Source of the DNA: Burkholderiaceae bacterium
Lineage (GTDB): Bacteria > Pseudomonadota > Gammaproteobacteria > Burkholderiales > Burkholderiaceae_E
Assembly: GCA_032027205.1 (NCBI GenBank)
Contig: JAVSMN010000001.1
Coordinates: forward strand, 1,439,300 to 1,503,299
DNA: 64,000 nt
Direction of reading: 5' to 3'
In this document: one piece after another, positions 9,597-19,016 of the stretch
How the letters are laid out: every line of letters begins with the position of its first letter
Numbering within the stretch: the stretch's first letter is position 1
Made by a program: the position numbers and the translations under genes
The notes under the pieces: model-generated
The model's database searches: none
What the model was told of the DNA's origin: nothing
Seen by the model: the letters and a program-made list of their open reading frames with translations, nothing else

Positions 9597-10369
9597 TGAT
9601 GCGCTCCGAGGGACAGGCCGAGCAGGCGCTGCTGCAGCGACTCGTCCGCGGCGAGCGCCGCCATCGAGCCGCGATGCACGATGCGTCCGTCCTCCATCAC
9701 TGCGACGGTATCGCCGAGTTCGCGCGCGAACGCGAAGTTCTGCTCGACGAGCAGGATCGTCGCGCCCGCGGCCTTCAGCTGCCGGAACGCTTCGAGCATG
9801 TTGCGGATGATCGACGGCGCCAGGCCCTTGCTCGGCTCGTCGATCAGGATCAGCTCACGCGGCTCGACGATCGCGCGCGAGACGGCAAGCATCTGCTTCT
9901 GCCCGCCCGACAGCAGCCCCGCCGGGTGGTCGCGGAACTTCTTCATCGCCGGGAACAGCTCCTCGATCCAGCGCAGCCGCTCGGCGTCGATCGCGTCGGC
10001 GTTGCGCGCACCGCGCGCAGCGAGCAGCAGGTTCTCGCGCACCGTGAGGTCCGAGAAGACGCCCATGTTCTCGGGGACGTAGGCGATGCCCAGCCGCGCG
10101 ATGTCGGGCGTCGCGCGTCGCGTGATGTCGGTGCCGCCGAAGCGCACGCTGCCGGCGCTCGCCGTCCACATTCCCATGATCGTGCGCAGCGTCGTCGTCT
10201 TCCCGGCGCCGTTGCGCCCGAGCAGCAGCGTCGTCTGCCCCGCGGGAACGTCGAGGTCGACGCCGTGCAGGATGTGATACGCGCCGATGTGCGTGTGCAC
10301 GCCGGCCAGCGAGAGCAGCGCTGCGGTCGAGCGCCCGCTCGCCGACGAAAGCGCAACGCCCGAGGACAT
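9593..10369 (-). CDS. ABC transporter ATP-binding protein (LivF-type)
   Basis: Trimmed to MSSGVALSS.. Shows Walker A GRNGAGKTT, LSGGQKQ signature and Walker B ILIDEP. Confidence 0.9.
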   Translation of the reverse strand: MSSGVALSSASGRSTAALLSLAGVHTHIGAYHILHGVDLDVPAGQTTLLLGRNGAGKTTTLRTIMGMWTASAGSVRFGGTDITRRATPDIARLGIAYVPENMGVFSDLTVRENLLLAARGARNADAIDAERLRWIEELFPAMKKFRDHPAGLLSGGQKQMLAVSRAIVEPRELILIDEPSKGLAPSIIRNMLEAFRQLKAAGATILLVEQNFAFARELGDTVAVMEDGRIVHRGSMAALAADESLQQRLLGLSLGAHQ

Positions 10370-10389
10370 CGCATCTGCCGCCCGCGCGC

Positions 10390-11166
10390 TCACGAGGCGA
10401 CCTCCTCTTCCTGGTCGACGCTGATGCCGAGATACGCCTGCTGGACCACCGGCGACGCGATCACCTCGGCCGGCGCGCCGTCGGCGGCCAGGCGACCGTT
10501 GTGCAGCACGATGATGCGGTCGCTGAGCTCGCGAACGACGTCCATCTTGTGCTCGACGAGCAGGATCGTTTTCGTCGAGTCGAGCTTGATGTCGCGAATG
10601 AGGTCGAGGATCACCGGCACCTCGTCGACGCTCATCCCGGCGGTCGGCTCGTCGAAGAGGAACACGGCGGGCTCGAGCGCGAGCAGGATCCCGACCTCGA
10701 GCTTGCGCTGGTCGCCGTGCGGCAGGCTGCTCGCCGGCGCATCGCGACGCGCGGTAAGCGCGATGCGCTCGAGGATTGCCTCGGCCTCGCCGATCAGCGC
10801 CCTGTGGTCCGACCAGATCGACCACAGGTTCAACCCCATCCCGCGCCGCGCCTGGATCGCCAGCCGCACGTTCTCGAGCACCGTGAGGTTCGGAAAGAGG
10901 TTCGTCAGCTGGAACGCGCGCCCAAGCCCGCGCTTCGTGCGCTCCGGCGCCCCGAGCGCGCTGACGTCGTCGCCGCCAACGAGCACGCGGCCGGCGCTCG
11001 CCTTCAACTGCCCCGAGATCAGGTTGAAGTAGGTCGTCTTGCCCGCGCCGTTCGGCCCGACAATCGCGGTGAGCGTGCCGGGGCGAAACGCGCACGAGAC
11101 GGAGTCGACGGCCACGTGCCCACCGAACCGAATCGTGAGCTCGCGCGTTTCGAGGGAGGGAGTCAT
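10390..11166 (-). CDS. ABC transporter ATP-binding protein (LivG-type)
   Basis: Trimmed to MTPSLETRELTIRFGG.. Shows Walker A GPNGAGKTT and Walker B FLFDEP. Confidence 0.9.
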   Translation of the reverse strand: MTPSLETRELTIRFGGHVAVDSVSCAFRPGTLTAIVGPNGAGKTTYFNLISGQLKASAGRVLVGGDDVSALGAPERTKRGLGRAFQLTNLFPNLTVLENVRLAIQARRGMGLNLWSIWSDHRALIGEAEAILERIALTARRDAPASSLPHGDQRKLEVGILLALEPAVFLFDEPTAGMSVDEVPVILDLIRDIKLDSTKTILLVEHKMDVVRELSDRIIVLHNGRLAADGAPAEVIASPVVQQAYLGISVDQEEEVAS

Positions 11167-11202
11167 CGTTGGTCTTTGTTCGCGTCTCGTCGCGCGGGAC
11201 GC

Positions 11203-11420
11203 CGGGCGGTTGCGCACTGCGTTTCGCCGACGACGGAGCCGCCCCTTCGGGGTCCCCTGCGCTGCTCGCGCTCGCGGGCGGCTGCGCAACTCGCCCTCAT
11301 CGCGGCGGCCCCTGCGGGGCCTTGCGCTTCGGGGCTCGAACAGTGCTCGCCGACTGCCCCCGCGAGCACTGCGCTGCTCGGCGGCTCCGAAGTCGGCAAA
11401 ACGCAGCCCGCAACCGCCCG
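11203..11420. repeat. Palindromic repeat element A: ~41-bp imperfect inverted arms around a 148-bp GC-rich core (11238-11385)
   Basis: The left arm cgggcggttgcgcactgcgtttcgccgacgacggagccgcc matches the reverse complement of the right arm cgggcggttgcgggctgcgttttgccgacttcggagccgcc. The core recurs inverted at 11763-11909. Confidence 0.75.
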
Positions 11421-11650
11421 GCGTCTCGATGCGTCGTGGCGTGCGAAGACGACGAATGCGTGCACGTCTCCCTCGAACGCTTTCGCTTTGCCTGGGGTGT
11501 ATTCGACCGTCATCGCGCTCGCGTCGCTCTTTTGTACGCCACCGGTTTTCACCTGCAATGAAAGAGCGACGTCGTTTTGGTCATCGCGAAGACGCGACGC
11601 GGTTCGCAACAACACGACATGCGTGCGCTCGCGGACAGATACGTTCCCTG

Positions 11651-12023
11651 CTGCGAGGGGTTGGCGTGCGGCCGGAGGCGGCGAGGGCCGCCGGCGCGCG
11701 CGTTGCGCCTGGGCGCCGCTGCGGGCAGGCCCGGTGGGGGCGCCCGATGCGCGAGCGTCGAAGCCGCCGAGCAGCGCAGTCATCGCGGGGTAGTCGGCGA
11801 GCACTGTTCGAGCTCCGAAGCGCAAGGCCCTGAAGGGGCCGCCGCGATGAGGGCGAGTTGCGCAGCCGCCCGCGATGACGAGTAGCGCAGGGAACCCCGA
11901 AGGGGCGGCTTCGACGCTCGCGCATCGGGCGCCCCCACCGGGCCTGCCCGCAGCGGCGCCCAGGCGCAACGCGCGCGCCGGCGGCCCTCGCCGCCTCCGG
12001 CCGCACGCCAACCCGTCGCAGCC
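11651..12023. repeat. Palindromic repeat element B: perfect ~104-bp inverted arms (11659-11762 / 11910-12013) around an inverted copy of the same ~147-bp core
   Basis: The reverse complement of 11910-12013 reads identically to 11659-11762 by eye. Core 11763-11909 is about 90% identical to the reverse complement of 11238-11385. Confidence 0.85.
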
Positions 12024-12044
12024 GCGCGTTTCACTGCCCGCACA

Positions 12045-13244
12045 TCATTGCTTGTTGCGGATCGGGACGTTCATGTCCTCGGGTTTGATTTCCTTCACGA
12101 GCTCGGGGATCCCCCATGCGACGTTCGGATCCACCTTGATCCGGAAGTGATACATCGACTGCATCGCCTGGTGGTCTTCCTTGCGGAAAGTCATCTTCCC
12201 TTTCGGCGTATCGAAGCTCATCCCCTCCATCGCCTTGATCAGGTTCTCCGTCTTGGTGTCGCCGTTGGTCTTCTTCAGCGCCTCGACCACCGCCATCGCC
12301 GCCGCCATCCCGCCCGCCGTGAAGAAGTCAGGCGGCGAGCCGAAGCGCTTCTGGTGCTCCTTGACCAGCCAGTCGTTCACCGGATTCTTCGGAATCTCGT
12401 AGTAGTAGTAGGTGGCGCCTTCCATGCCGGGGAAGTTCTTGTATGCCGCCATCGCCGGCAGGATGTTGCCGCCGGTGGCGATCTCGATGCCGTAACGCTT
12501 CGGATCGAGGTCGGCGATCTTGAACGGATTGCCCGCCCCCGCCCAGACGATCCAGATCACCTTGCGCCCGGGCTTGTCCTTCAGCGCATCGAACAGGCGC
12601 TGGGCGCCGGCGGTGAAGTCGGTGGTGTTGGCCGGCAGGTATTCCTCGTGGACGACCTTCGCCTTCTTCAGCGCGTCCTTGAACGCCTTGACGCCGTCGC
12701 GGCCGAACGCGTAGTCCTGCGCGAGCGTGGCGATCGACGTGCCTTCGTCATCCAGCGCAACGGCGTTGGAGATCGCGTCCTGCGACGAGTTGCGCCCGGT
12801 GCGGAAGATGTAGCGGTTCCACTTGTCGCCGGTGATCGAGTCGGCCACCGCCGGTTCGACGAGCAGGATCTTCTTGTATTCCTCGGCCACCGGCAGCAGC
12901 GCGAGCGCCACGCCCGAAGAGGTCGGCCCGATGGCGAGATCGGCCTTGTCGTCGCCGTAGGCCGCCTGCAGCAGCGACTTGCCGACGTCGGGCTTGCCCT
13001 GGTCGTCCTTTTCGATGACGACGATCTTGCGACCGGCAACCTCCATCGTGCCCTTCGTCGCATACTCGAAACCGAGCAGCAGGCCGGTCTGCGTCTGCTT
13101 GCCGTAGGCCTCGAGCGGCCCCGTTTTCGAGTAGACGTGCGCAATCGTGACGTCCTTCGCGACGGCCACGCCGGCGAGCATTGCGCCGGCCACCAGCGGC
13201 ATCGCGAGACGGCCCGCATGCCGGAGTACCGAAAAGCAGTTCAT
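12045..13244 (-). CDS. ABC transporter periplasmic substrate-binding protein (LivK / branched-chain amino acid-binding family)
   Basis: Trimmed to MNCFSVLRHAGRLAMPLVAGAMLAGVAVA (signal peptide) with a GAGGAGG Shine-Dalgarno sequence upstream. Type-I periplasmic binding fold sequence. Confidence 0.85.
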   Translation of the reverse strand: MNCFSVLRHAGRLAMPLVAGAMLAGVAVAKDVTIAHVYSKTGPLEAYGKQTQTGLLLGFEYATKGTMEVAGRKIVVIEKDDQGKPDVGKSLLQAAYGDDKADLAIGPTSSGVALALLPVAEEYKKILLVEPAVADSITGDKWNRYIFRTGRNSSQDAISNAVALDDEGTSIATLAQDYAFGRDGVKAFKDALKKAKVVHEEYLPANTTDFTAGAQRLFDALKDKPGRKVIWIVWAGAGNPFKIADLDPKRYGIEIATGGNILPAMAAYKNFPGMEGATYYYYEIPKNPVNDWLVKEHQKRFGSPPDFFTAGGMAAAMAVVEALKKTNGDTKTENLIKAMEGMSFDTPKGKMTFRKEDHQAMQSMYHFRIKVDPNVAWGIPELVKEIKPEDMNVPIRNKQ

Positions 13245-13475
13245 CGAATCCCTCCTCTTGTCAGTCGCGATCGGTTCGGTCGCGGTCCTCGTGTGCAGAC
13301 GCAACGTCCGTGCCATCGAGCGTTGCAGCCGCAAGTCGTTGATCCGTCGTGGAGAAGCGCTCCTTGAATCCGCTGGCTGCGAGTTCTGCGTCCGGTAAAC
13401 GGACACTAGGCGAGCAAGTGGGCGTCTCGTTTCCGGACATCATCGGTCGAATAACGACTGCTGTCCCGAATACGG

Positions 13476-15560
13476 TCAATGACGCACGCTTCCGACCATG
13501 AGCGAGCGACGCAATTCGTCCAGCGAGTCGATCGCCGGCAGGCACTGCGTGCCGCGGCACACCCAGGCCTGGGGCTTCACCGACGCGGGCCGCGTCAGTG
13601 TCGCAGGCAGCGTCTTGGCGTCTGCGGGCAGCACGAACACGAGCGTCGTCGGCAGCGCCTCGCGCGCGAGCGCGCGGCTCCAGCGCAGGCATTCGTCCCG
13701 GGGGCCGGCGAGCAGCACGAGCGCCGGCGGCGAAGCGTATTCGGACATCGCGGTGACGAGGGTGGCGAACGCGTGCGGCGTTTCGCGCACCGACGCAGCG
13801 AAGCAGGCCATCGTGCGCCGCGCCGCGTCGAGATAGCGCGTGTCGCCGACCAGGTGGCCGAGCCGCTGCAGATGTAGTGCGGCTGCGCCGTTGCCCGACA
13901 TCATCGCTGCGTCTACGGCCGACTTCGGTCGCATCACGAGCTTCTCGTGATCGTGCGCGGTGAAGAAGAATCCGTTCGCCTCGCGGTCCTCGAAGCGCTC
14001 GAGCAGCGCGTCGGCCAGCGCGCAGGCGAGATGCAGGTCGTCGGTGCGCATCGCGTCGTCCTGCATCGTCTCGAGCAGCGCGCCGAGCAGGAACGCGTAG
14101 TCGTCGAGGTAGGCGTCGAGGTGGGCGCGACCGTCCTTGTACGTGGCGAGCAGCCGGCCGTCGCGCCATGCAACGCGATCGATGAAATCCAGCGCATCGC
14201 GCGCCGACGCACGCCAGCGCGGCTCGTCGAACACGCGACCCGCAAAGGCCATCGCCTCGATCATCAACGCGTTCCAGCTGGTGAGTACCTTGTCGTCGAG
14301 GCCGGGATGCACGCGCGTCTCGCGTAGCGCGTACAACTGCTCGCGCGCCCGCTCGATCTGCGCGGCAACCGGCGCACCGGAGACGTCGAAGCGCGCGGCG
14401 ATCGCCTCGATCGGCTGCGCGACATGCAGGTGCCACGCGCGCCCTTCGAAGTTCGGCGGCTGGTCGAGCCCGTAGCGCGCGGCGAACGGCGCGAAACCGT
14501 CACCAAGCTCGCGCGCGACGACGTCGCGATCCCAGACGTAGAAGCGTCCCTCCTCACCCTCGGAATCGGCATCGCGGCTGCTGTAGTAGCCGCCATCGGG
14601 CGACTGCATCTCACGGATCGCCCATTGCGCGGTACCGGCGCAGACGTCGCGAAAGAGCAGCGAGCGGTCGAAGCGCCACGCCTGCGCGTAGAGCCGCAAC
14701 AGCGGCCCATTGTCGTAGAGCATCTTCTCGAAGTGCGGGATGCCCCATTGCGCATCGACGCTGTAGCGGTAGAAGCCGCCGCCCAGCTGATCGTAGAGCC
14801 CGCCCTCGGCCATCCGCACGAGCGTCGTCGTCACCGCGTCGCGCGCGCCGCGATCGGCGCTCGCTTCCGATCCGTGCAGCAACGCTGCGAGCAGCGACGG
14901 CTGCGGAAACTTCGGCACGCCGCCGAAGCCGCCCCAGCGACGGTCGTAGCTCGGCATCAGCGCGTCGCGCAGGGCACCCGCCGCGTCGGCCGCGAAGGCA
15001 TCGAGCTCGCGCTCCCCCGATTTCGCGCCGTCAGCCTCCTCGCCGTCGCGCGCGTTCGAGGCGGACTGCAGAAAGCGCACGATCTCGTCGCCTTGCGCGA
15101 GCAGTTCGTCGCGGCGCTCGTCCCAGAGTTGCGCCACGCGCGCGAGCAGCGCGTCGAAGCCCGGCAACCCGTGACGCGCGGTGCGCGGGAAATAGGTGCC
15201 GCCATAGAACGGCTTGCCGTCCGGTGTGAGGAACATCGTCAGCGGCCAGCCGCCGCCGCGCTGCGTGATCACCTGGTGCGCCGCCTGGTAGATCTGGTCG
15301 AGATCGGGACGCTCCTCGCGGTCGACCTTGATCGCGACGAAATGCCGATCGACCAGCGCGGCGATGTCGCGGTCCTCGAAAGACTCGTGCGCCATCACAT
15401 GGCACCAGTGACAGGCCGAGTAGCCGATCGACAGCAGGATCGGGCGCCCCAGGCGCCTGGCGAGCGCCAGCGCCTCGTCGTCCCACGGATGCCAGTCGAC
15501 CGGGTTGTCGGCGTGCTGTCGCAGGTAGGGGCTGGTCTCGTGCGCCAGTCGGTTGGCCAT
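13476..15560 (-). CDS. Thioredoxin-domain protein (DUF255 / YyaL-like; thioredoxin plus six-hairpin glycosidase-like fold)
   Basis: Trimmed to [49 protein letters not shown].., the characteristic N-terminus of this family. Confidence 0.85.
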   Translation of the reverse strand: MANRLAHETSPYLRQHADNPVDWHPWDDEALALARRLGRPILLSIGYSACHWCHVMAHESFEDRDIAALVDRHFVAIKVDREERPDLDQIYQAAHQVITQRGGGWPLTMFLTPDGKPFYGGTYFPRTARHGLPGFDALLARVAQLWDERRDELLAQGDEIVRFLQSASNARDGEEADGAKSGERELDAFAADAAGALRDALMPSYDRRWGGFGGVPKFPQPSLLAALLHGSEASADRGARDAVTTTLVRMAEGGLYDQLGGGFYRYSVDAQWGIPHFEKMLYDNGPLLRLYAQAWRFDRSLLFRDVCAGTAQWAIREMQSPDGGYYSSRDADSEGEEGRFYVWDRDVVARELGDGFAPFAARYGLDQPPNFEGRAWHLHVAQPIEAIAARFDVSGAPVAAQIERAREQLYALRETRVHPGLDDKVLTSWNALMIEAMAFAGRVFDEPRWRASARDALDFIDRVAWRDGRLLATYKDGRAHLDAYLDDYAFLLGALLETMQDDAMRTDDLHLACALADALLERFEDREANGFFFTAHDHEKLVMRPKSAVDAAMMSGNGAAALHLQRLGHLVGDTRYLDAARRTMACFAASVRETPHAFATLVTAMSEYASPPALVLLAGPRDECLRWSRALAREALPTTLVFVLPADAKTLPATLTRPASVKPQAWVCRGTQCLPAIDSLDELRRSLMVGSVRH

Positions 15561-15661
15561 TGCGTTCTCCGCGTTCTGGGCGGACAGGCGACGACGGTAC
15601 CCGGCGCTTCGACGAGCCGCGCGAGTACCCTGCTCGCTCGATCCGGATAAGGGAGCAAGCG

Positions 15662-16420
15662 ATGAACCAGCGGGTGTTGGTGACGGCCGGGGCATCCGGC
15701 ATCGGACGCGAGATCGCGCGCGCGTTTGCCGCCGCCGGAGCCAGGGTGTTCGTCTGCGACATCGACGAGGCGGCGCTCGAGGCGCTGGAGAAGGAACTGC
15801 CCGGCGTCGGCACGACTCGCTGCGACGTGTCGAAGCGCGCCGAGAACGAGCGGATGGTCGCCGCGGCGCTGAAGTGGCTAGGCGGACTGGACGTGCTGGT
15901 GAACAACGCGGGCATCGCCGGGCCGACGGTTCCCGTCGACGAAGTGCCGCCCGAAGAATGGGACCGCGTGCTGCAGATCAACCTGACGGCCGCCTTCGAC
16001 GTCACGCGACTGTCGATCCCGGCGCTGAAAGCGTCGGCAGCCGGCGTCGTCATCGTGATGTCGTCGGCCGCCGGGCGCTTCGGCTACCCGAACCGCGTCG
16101 CCTACGCGGCGACGAAATGGGGGCTCGTCGGATTCACGAAGACGCTGGCGATGGAGCTCGGTGCCTTCGGCATCCGCGCCAACGCGATCCTTCCCGGAAC
16201 TGTCGAGGGCGATCGCATCCAGCGCGTGTTCGAAGGGCGCGCGAAGCTGTCGGGCAAGAGCGTCGACGAGGTGCGCGACGCGTCGATGCGCAACCAGTCG
16301 CTGCAGTCGCTGGTGAACCCGAAGGACATCGCGGCGCTCGCCGTGTTCCTCGCGTCCGACGCAGGCAAGTCGATCTCCGGCCAGGCGCTGGCGATCGACA
16401 ATGACATACAGCGGCTGTAG
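15662..16420 (+). CDS. SDR-family oxidoreductase
   Basis: [19 protein letters not shown] (TGxxxGIG), NNAG motif and YAATK catalytic motif. Confidence 0.85.
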   Translation: MNQRVLVTAGASGIGREIARAFAAAGARVFVCDIDEAALEALEKELPGVGTTRCDVSKRAENERMVAAALKWLGGLDVLVNNAGIAGPTVPVDEVPPEEWDRVLQINLTAAFDVTRLSIPALKASAAGVVIVMSSAAGRFGYPNRVAYAATKWGLVGFTKTLAMELGAFGIRANAILPGTVEGDRIQRVFEGRAKLSGKSVDEVRDASMRNQSLQSLVNPKDIAALAVFLASDAGKSISGQALAIDNDIQRL

Positions 16421-16451
16421 GCGAGGCGCGCGGGGAACGCCGCGCGCCCGC

Positions 16452-17555
16452 TCAGCCGCGTTCCACCGCTACGGCTGCGATCGGCGGCAGCGACGTCGAG
16501 ATCGTCTGCCAGTGATCGCCGCTGTCATCACTCGCCCACAGCGAGCCGGTGGTCGAGCCCATCATCAGCGTGCGACCGTCCGCGCCGACATCGAGGCAAT
16601 GCCGGTAGACAAGGTCGTAGCAGTGCGACTGAGGCAGTCCGTTGCGGAGGACGTGGAACGTCTGCCCGCCATCGTCGGTGCGCAGCACCGCGAAGGCGGC
16701 GTCGACCGGCACGCGGCGCAGATCGGCGACCGCCGGCGCGAACCATGCTCGCAGCGGATCGTTCGGGTCCGCCGCGACGGCGAAGCCGAAGGACGATACC
16801 GGCACGTCGGTGAGCTCGCGCCAGCTGCGACCCGCGTCCGTCGAGCGGAACATGCCGTTGTGATGCTGGCACCAGACGGTGTCGGGCTGTGACGCGCACG
16901 CGGCCAGCCGGTGCACGTCCTGCGCAATCTCGTCGTAGGCGCGCTCGGGCGGCATGTACTCGGCGCGCAACCCCTTGCCGACCAACATCCAGCTCGACCC
17001 GCCGTCTTCGCTCGCCCAGGCGCCACCGGTGCTCACGCCGACCAGCATGCGTTGCTGCGCCGGATCGTCGTCGCGCGGATCGAGCACGATCGAATGCAGG
17101 CCGGGTGCGTCGTAGCCGCCGCCCATCCATTCGCGCCGGCGCACGTCGTTCCACAACGCGTCGTTGAGCTGCCACGACTCACCGGCGTCGCGCGTGCGGA
17201 ACAGACCGCCGGGCAGCGTGCCCGCCCAGACGTCGTCGCCCTTGCCGACGAGCGTCCAGACCTGCTGCAGCTTCCACTCGACATCGTCGTTCGCCTCGGC
17301 GGGCTGCGCCGGATACGCGGGCGCGGACACCTCCTGCCAGGTCTCGCCGCGGTTGGCGGACACATGGCACTTCACGCCGAAGTGGCCGAGGTTGAGCGCG
17401 GCGATCATCGGTCGCGACGACGACGCCGGATCCGGCGGCAGCACCGCGGTAACCGGCTCGCCGAGAAAGCTCACGGTGCCGATTTGCCAGCCATCGGTGC
17501 CCCGGCGCAACTCGAACAGCCCCTTGCGGGTTGCGACCCAGGCTCGATCGCTCAT
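16452..17555 (-). CDS. BNR/Asp-box repeat beta-propeller protein (sialidase-like fold), function unknown
   Basis: Repeated S-x-D-x-G-x-(S/T)-W Asp-box motifs (TRDAGESW, SEDGGSSW, STDAGRSW, TDDGGQTF, SDDSGDHW). Start taken at MSDRAW, with GGAGGA 6 nt upstream. The ORF-track start at 17561 is also possible. Confidence 0.7.
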   Translation of the reverse strand: MSDRAWVATRKGLFELRRGTDGWQIGTVSFLGEPVTAVLPPDPASSSRPMIAALNLGHFGVKCHVSANRGETWQEVSAPAYPAQPAEANDDVEWKLQQVWTLVGKGDDVWAGTLPGGLFRTRDAGESWQLNDALWNDVRRREWMGGGYDAPGLHSIVLDPRDDDPAQQRMLVGVSTGGAWASEDGGSSWMLVGKGLRAEYMPPERAYDEIAQDVHRLAACASQPDTVWCQHHNGMFRSTDAGRSWRELTDVPVSSFGFAVAADPNDPLRAWFAPAVADLRRVPVDAAFAVLRTDDGGQTFHVLRNGLPQSHCYDLVYRHCLDVGADGRTLMMGSTTGSLWASDDSGDHWQTISTSLPPIAAVAVERG

Positions 17556-17557
17556 CG

Positions 17558-17827
17558 TCATCCTCCGGAAAGCGACTGGAACACATGAACCGTGTTGCCC
17601 GGCGCGAGCGGCACTTCGAGCCTCTCGCGCACGTGCAGGCGCCGACCGTCGACGAAGACGACGACGTGCCGGCGCAGATGCGACTGATCGTCGAGCACGT
17701 AGCCACGAAGCCGCGGATTCACGGCGAAGGCCGCTTCGAGCGCCTGCGCGAGCGTGGCCGCGTCGGCGTCGATCTCGGGCACTTCGGTGAAGCGCGCCAG
17801 CTGCTGCGTGAAGATCACGCGGGGCAT
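17558..17827 (-). CDS. MoaD/ThiS-family ubiquitin-like sulfur-carrier-type protein (C-terminal GG)
   Basis: 89 aa ending ..VHVFQSLSGG-stop, with the size and C-terminal Gly-Gly typical of MoaD/ThiS. Its stop is embedded in the Shine-Dalgarno/start region of the BNR gene. Confidence 0.7.
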   Translation of the reverse strand: MPRVIFTQQLARFTEVPEIDADAATLAQALEAAFAVNPRLRGYVLDDQSHLRRHVVVFVDGRRLHVRERLEVPLAPGNTVHVFQSLSGG

Positions 17828-17849
17828 GTCGGCAGGGCCCGATGACCGG

Positions 17850-18287
17850 TCAATGGGAAGCCGGATGCGAGATGACCATCCAGCCTACGCCGAAGCGGTC
17901 GGCGAGCATTCCAAAGCGCGACGCGAAGAAGGTCTGCGCCAGCGGCATCTCGACCTTGCCGCCGGCCGACAGCGCGGCGAACAGTTGCTCAGCGTGCGCG
18001 TCGTCGCGCGCCTGGATCGTCAGCGCAATGCCCTCGAAGCGTGCATTGCCCGTGCAGCGTCCGTCGGAGGCCATCAGCACCGAATCGCCGATGCGCAGGC
18101 TCGCGTGCATCACTTTGTCGCCGGTGACGGCCGCCGGCATCTCGCCGCAGCCGGCCGAGGCATCGGCGGACGCCGGCGCATCGCGAAAACGCATCAACGC
18201 ATCCACCTTCGCCCCGACGGCGTCGGCGTAGAACTGCAGCGCCTCTTCACAGCGGCCTTCGAAGCACAGGTAGGGCGTGACTTGCAT
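17850..18287 (-). CDS. VOC (glyoxalase/PhnB-like) family protein
   Basis: Trimmed to MQVTPYLCFEGRCEEALQFYADAVGA.., typical of PhnB/YjdN-like VOC proteins. CCTCCT-complement Shine-Dalgarno sequence upstream. Confidence 0.7.
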   Translation of the reverse strand: MQVTPYLCFEGRCEEALQFYADAVGAKVDALMRFRDAPASADASAGCGEMPAAVTGDKVMHASLRIGDSVLMASDGRCTGNARFEGIALTIQARDDAHAEQLFAALSAGGKVEMPLAQTFFASRFGMLADRFGVGWMVISHPASH

Positions 18288-18488
18288 GGAACCTCCTCGG
18301 GTGCGGCGCCGAACGCCGCGAACGAGACGCGAAAATCGCTCGCGCCGAGTGACATCGTGCGCAGTAATGTGGACGATGTACACAATACACCTGGTCGCCG
18401 TCAGGGATTCGGCGAGCGCCGCGCGGCAGCGGTTGCGGCGCCGATTCCGACGGCGGATGATGTGCGGCTCTTTTGCCCGCAAATCCCG

Positions 18489-19016
18489 ATGTCCGACGCG
18501 AAGTTCGACTCCCCGCCGTCACCCGAAAGCGGGGCCGCGCGCGACCCGCTCGAGTTGCTCGATCTCGGCATCGGAGTGTCGATCGCCTCGCGCGATGCCA
18601 ACGGTCTTCCCGACCTCGTGCGCGCGCTCGGCGCCACACGCGACGCGTCCGGAACGATCACCGTCTACGTCTCCGGCCGCGACGCTCGACACGTGCTCGA
18701 CAACCTGCGCGGCAACGGCGCCATTGCGGTGGTCTTCAGCCAGCCCACCACGCACCGCACCGTGCAGGTCAAGGCGGGCCACGTGACGATCGAGGCCGCC
18801 ACGGATGCGGATGTGGTCCTCGTGCACCAGCGCATCCGGGCGATGGCAGCCGAGCTCGAGCGCCACGGCTACGAGCGCGGCTTCACCGAGAGGATGCTGT
18901 CCTTCGATGCGGCGGATCTCACGCTCGTGCGATTGCGACCCGAGGAGATCTTCGACCAGACGCCGGGTCCGCAGGCCGGCCGCGCATTCGGCGTATCGAC
19001 GCAACGCCCGGCATGA
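18489..19016 (+). CDS. Pyridoxamine 5'-phosphate oxidase-like (FMN-binding split-barrel) family protein
   Basis: Trimmed to MSDAKFDSPP.. 175 aa with split-barrel-like sequence. The stop overlaps the start of the next gene (ATGA). Confidence 0.6.
   Translation: MSDAKFDSPPSPESGAARDPLELLDLGIGVSIASRDANGLPDLVRALGATRDASGTITVYVSGRDARHVLDNLRGNGAIAVVFSQPTTHRTVQVKAGHVTIEAATDADVVLVHQRIRAMAAELERHGYERGFTERMLSFDAADLTLVRLRPEEIFDQTPGPQAGRAFGVSTQRPA

Noticed and set aside
11039-12043. ORFs of 87-430 aa crossing the livG-livK spacer on both strands (for example 11163..12011 and 11039..11833).
   Set aside because: They are translations of the palindromic repeats; the same peptide strings appear on both strands. 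They have no start context and no recognisable family.
13245-13475. 230-nt livK leader with an 11-bp bulged stem (gtccggaaacg...cgtttaccggac), considered as a riboswitch or attenuator.
   Set aside because: It matches no riboswitch consensus I know, and the structure alone is insufficient.
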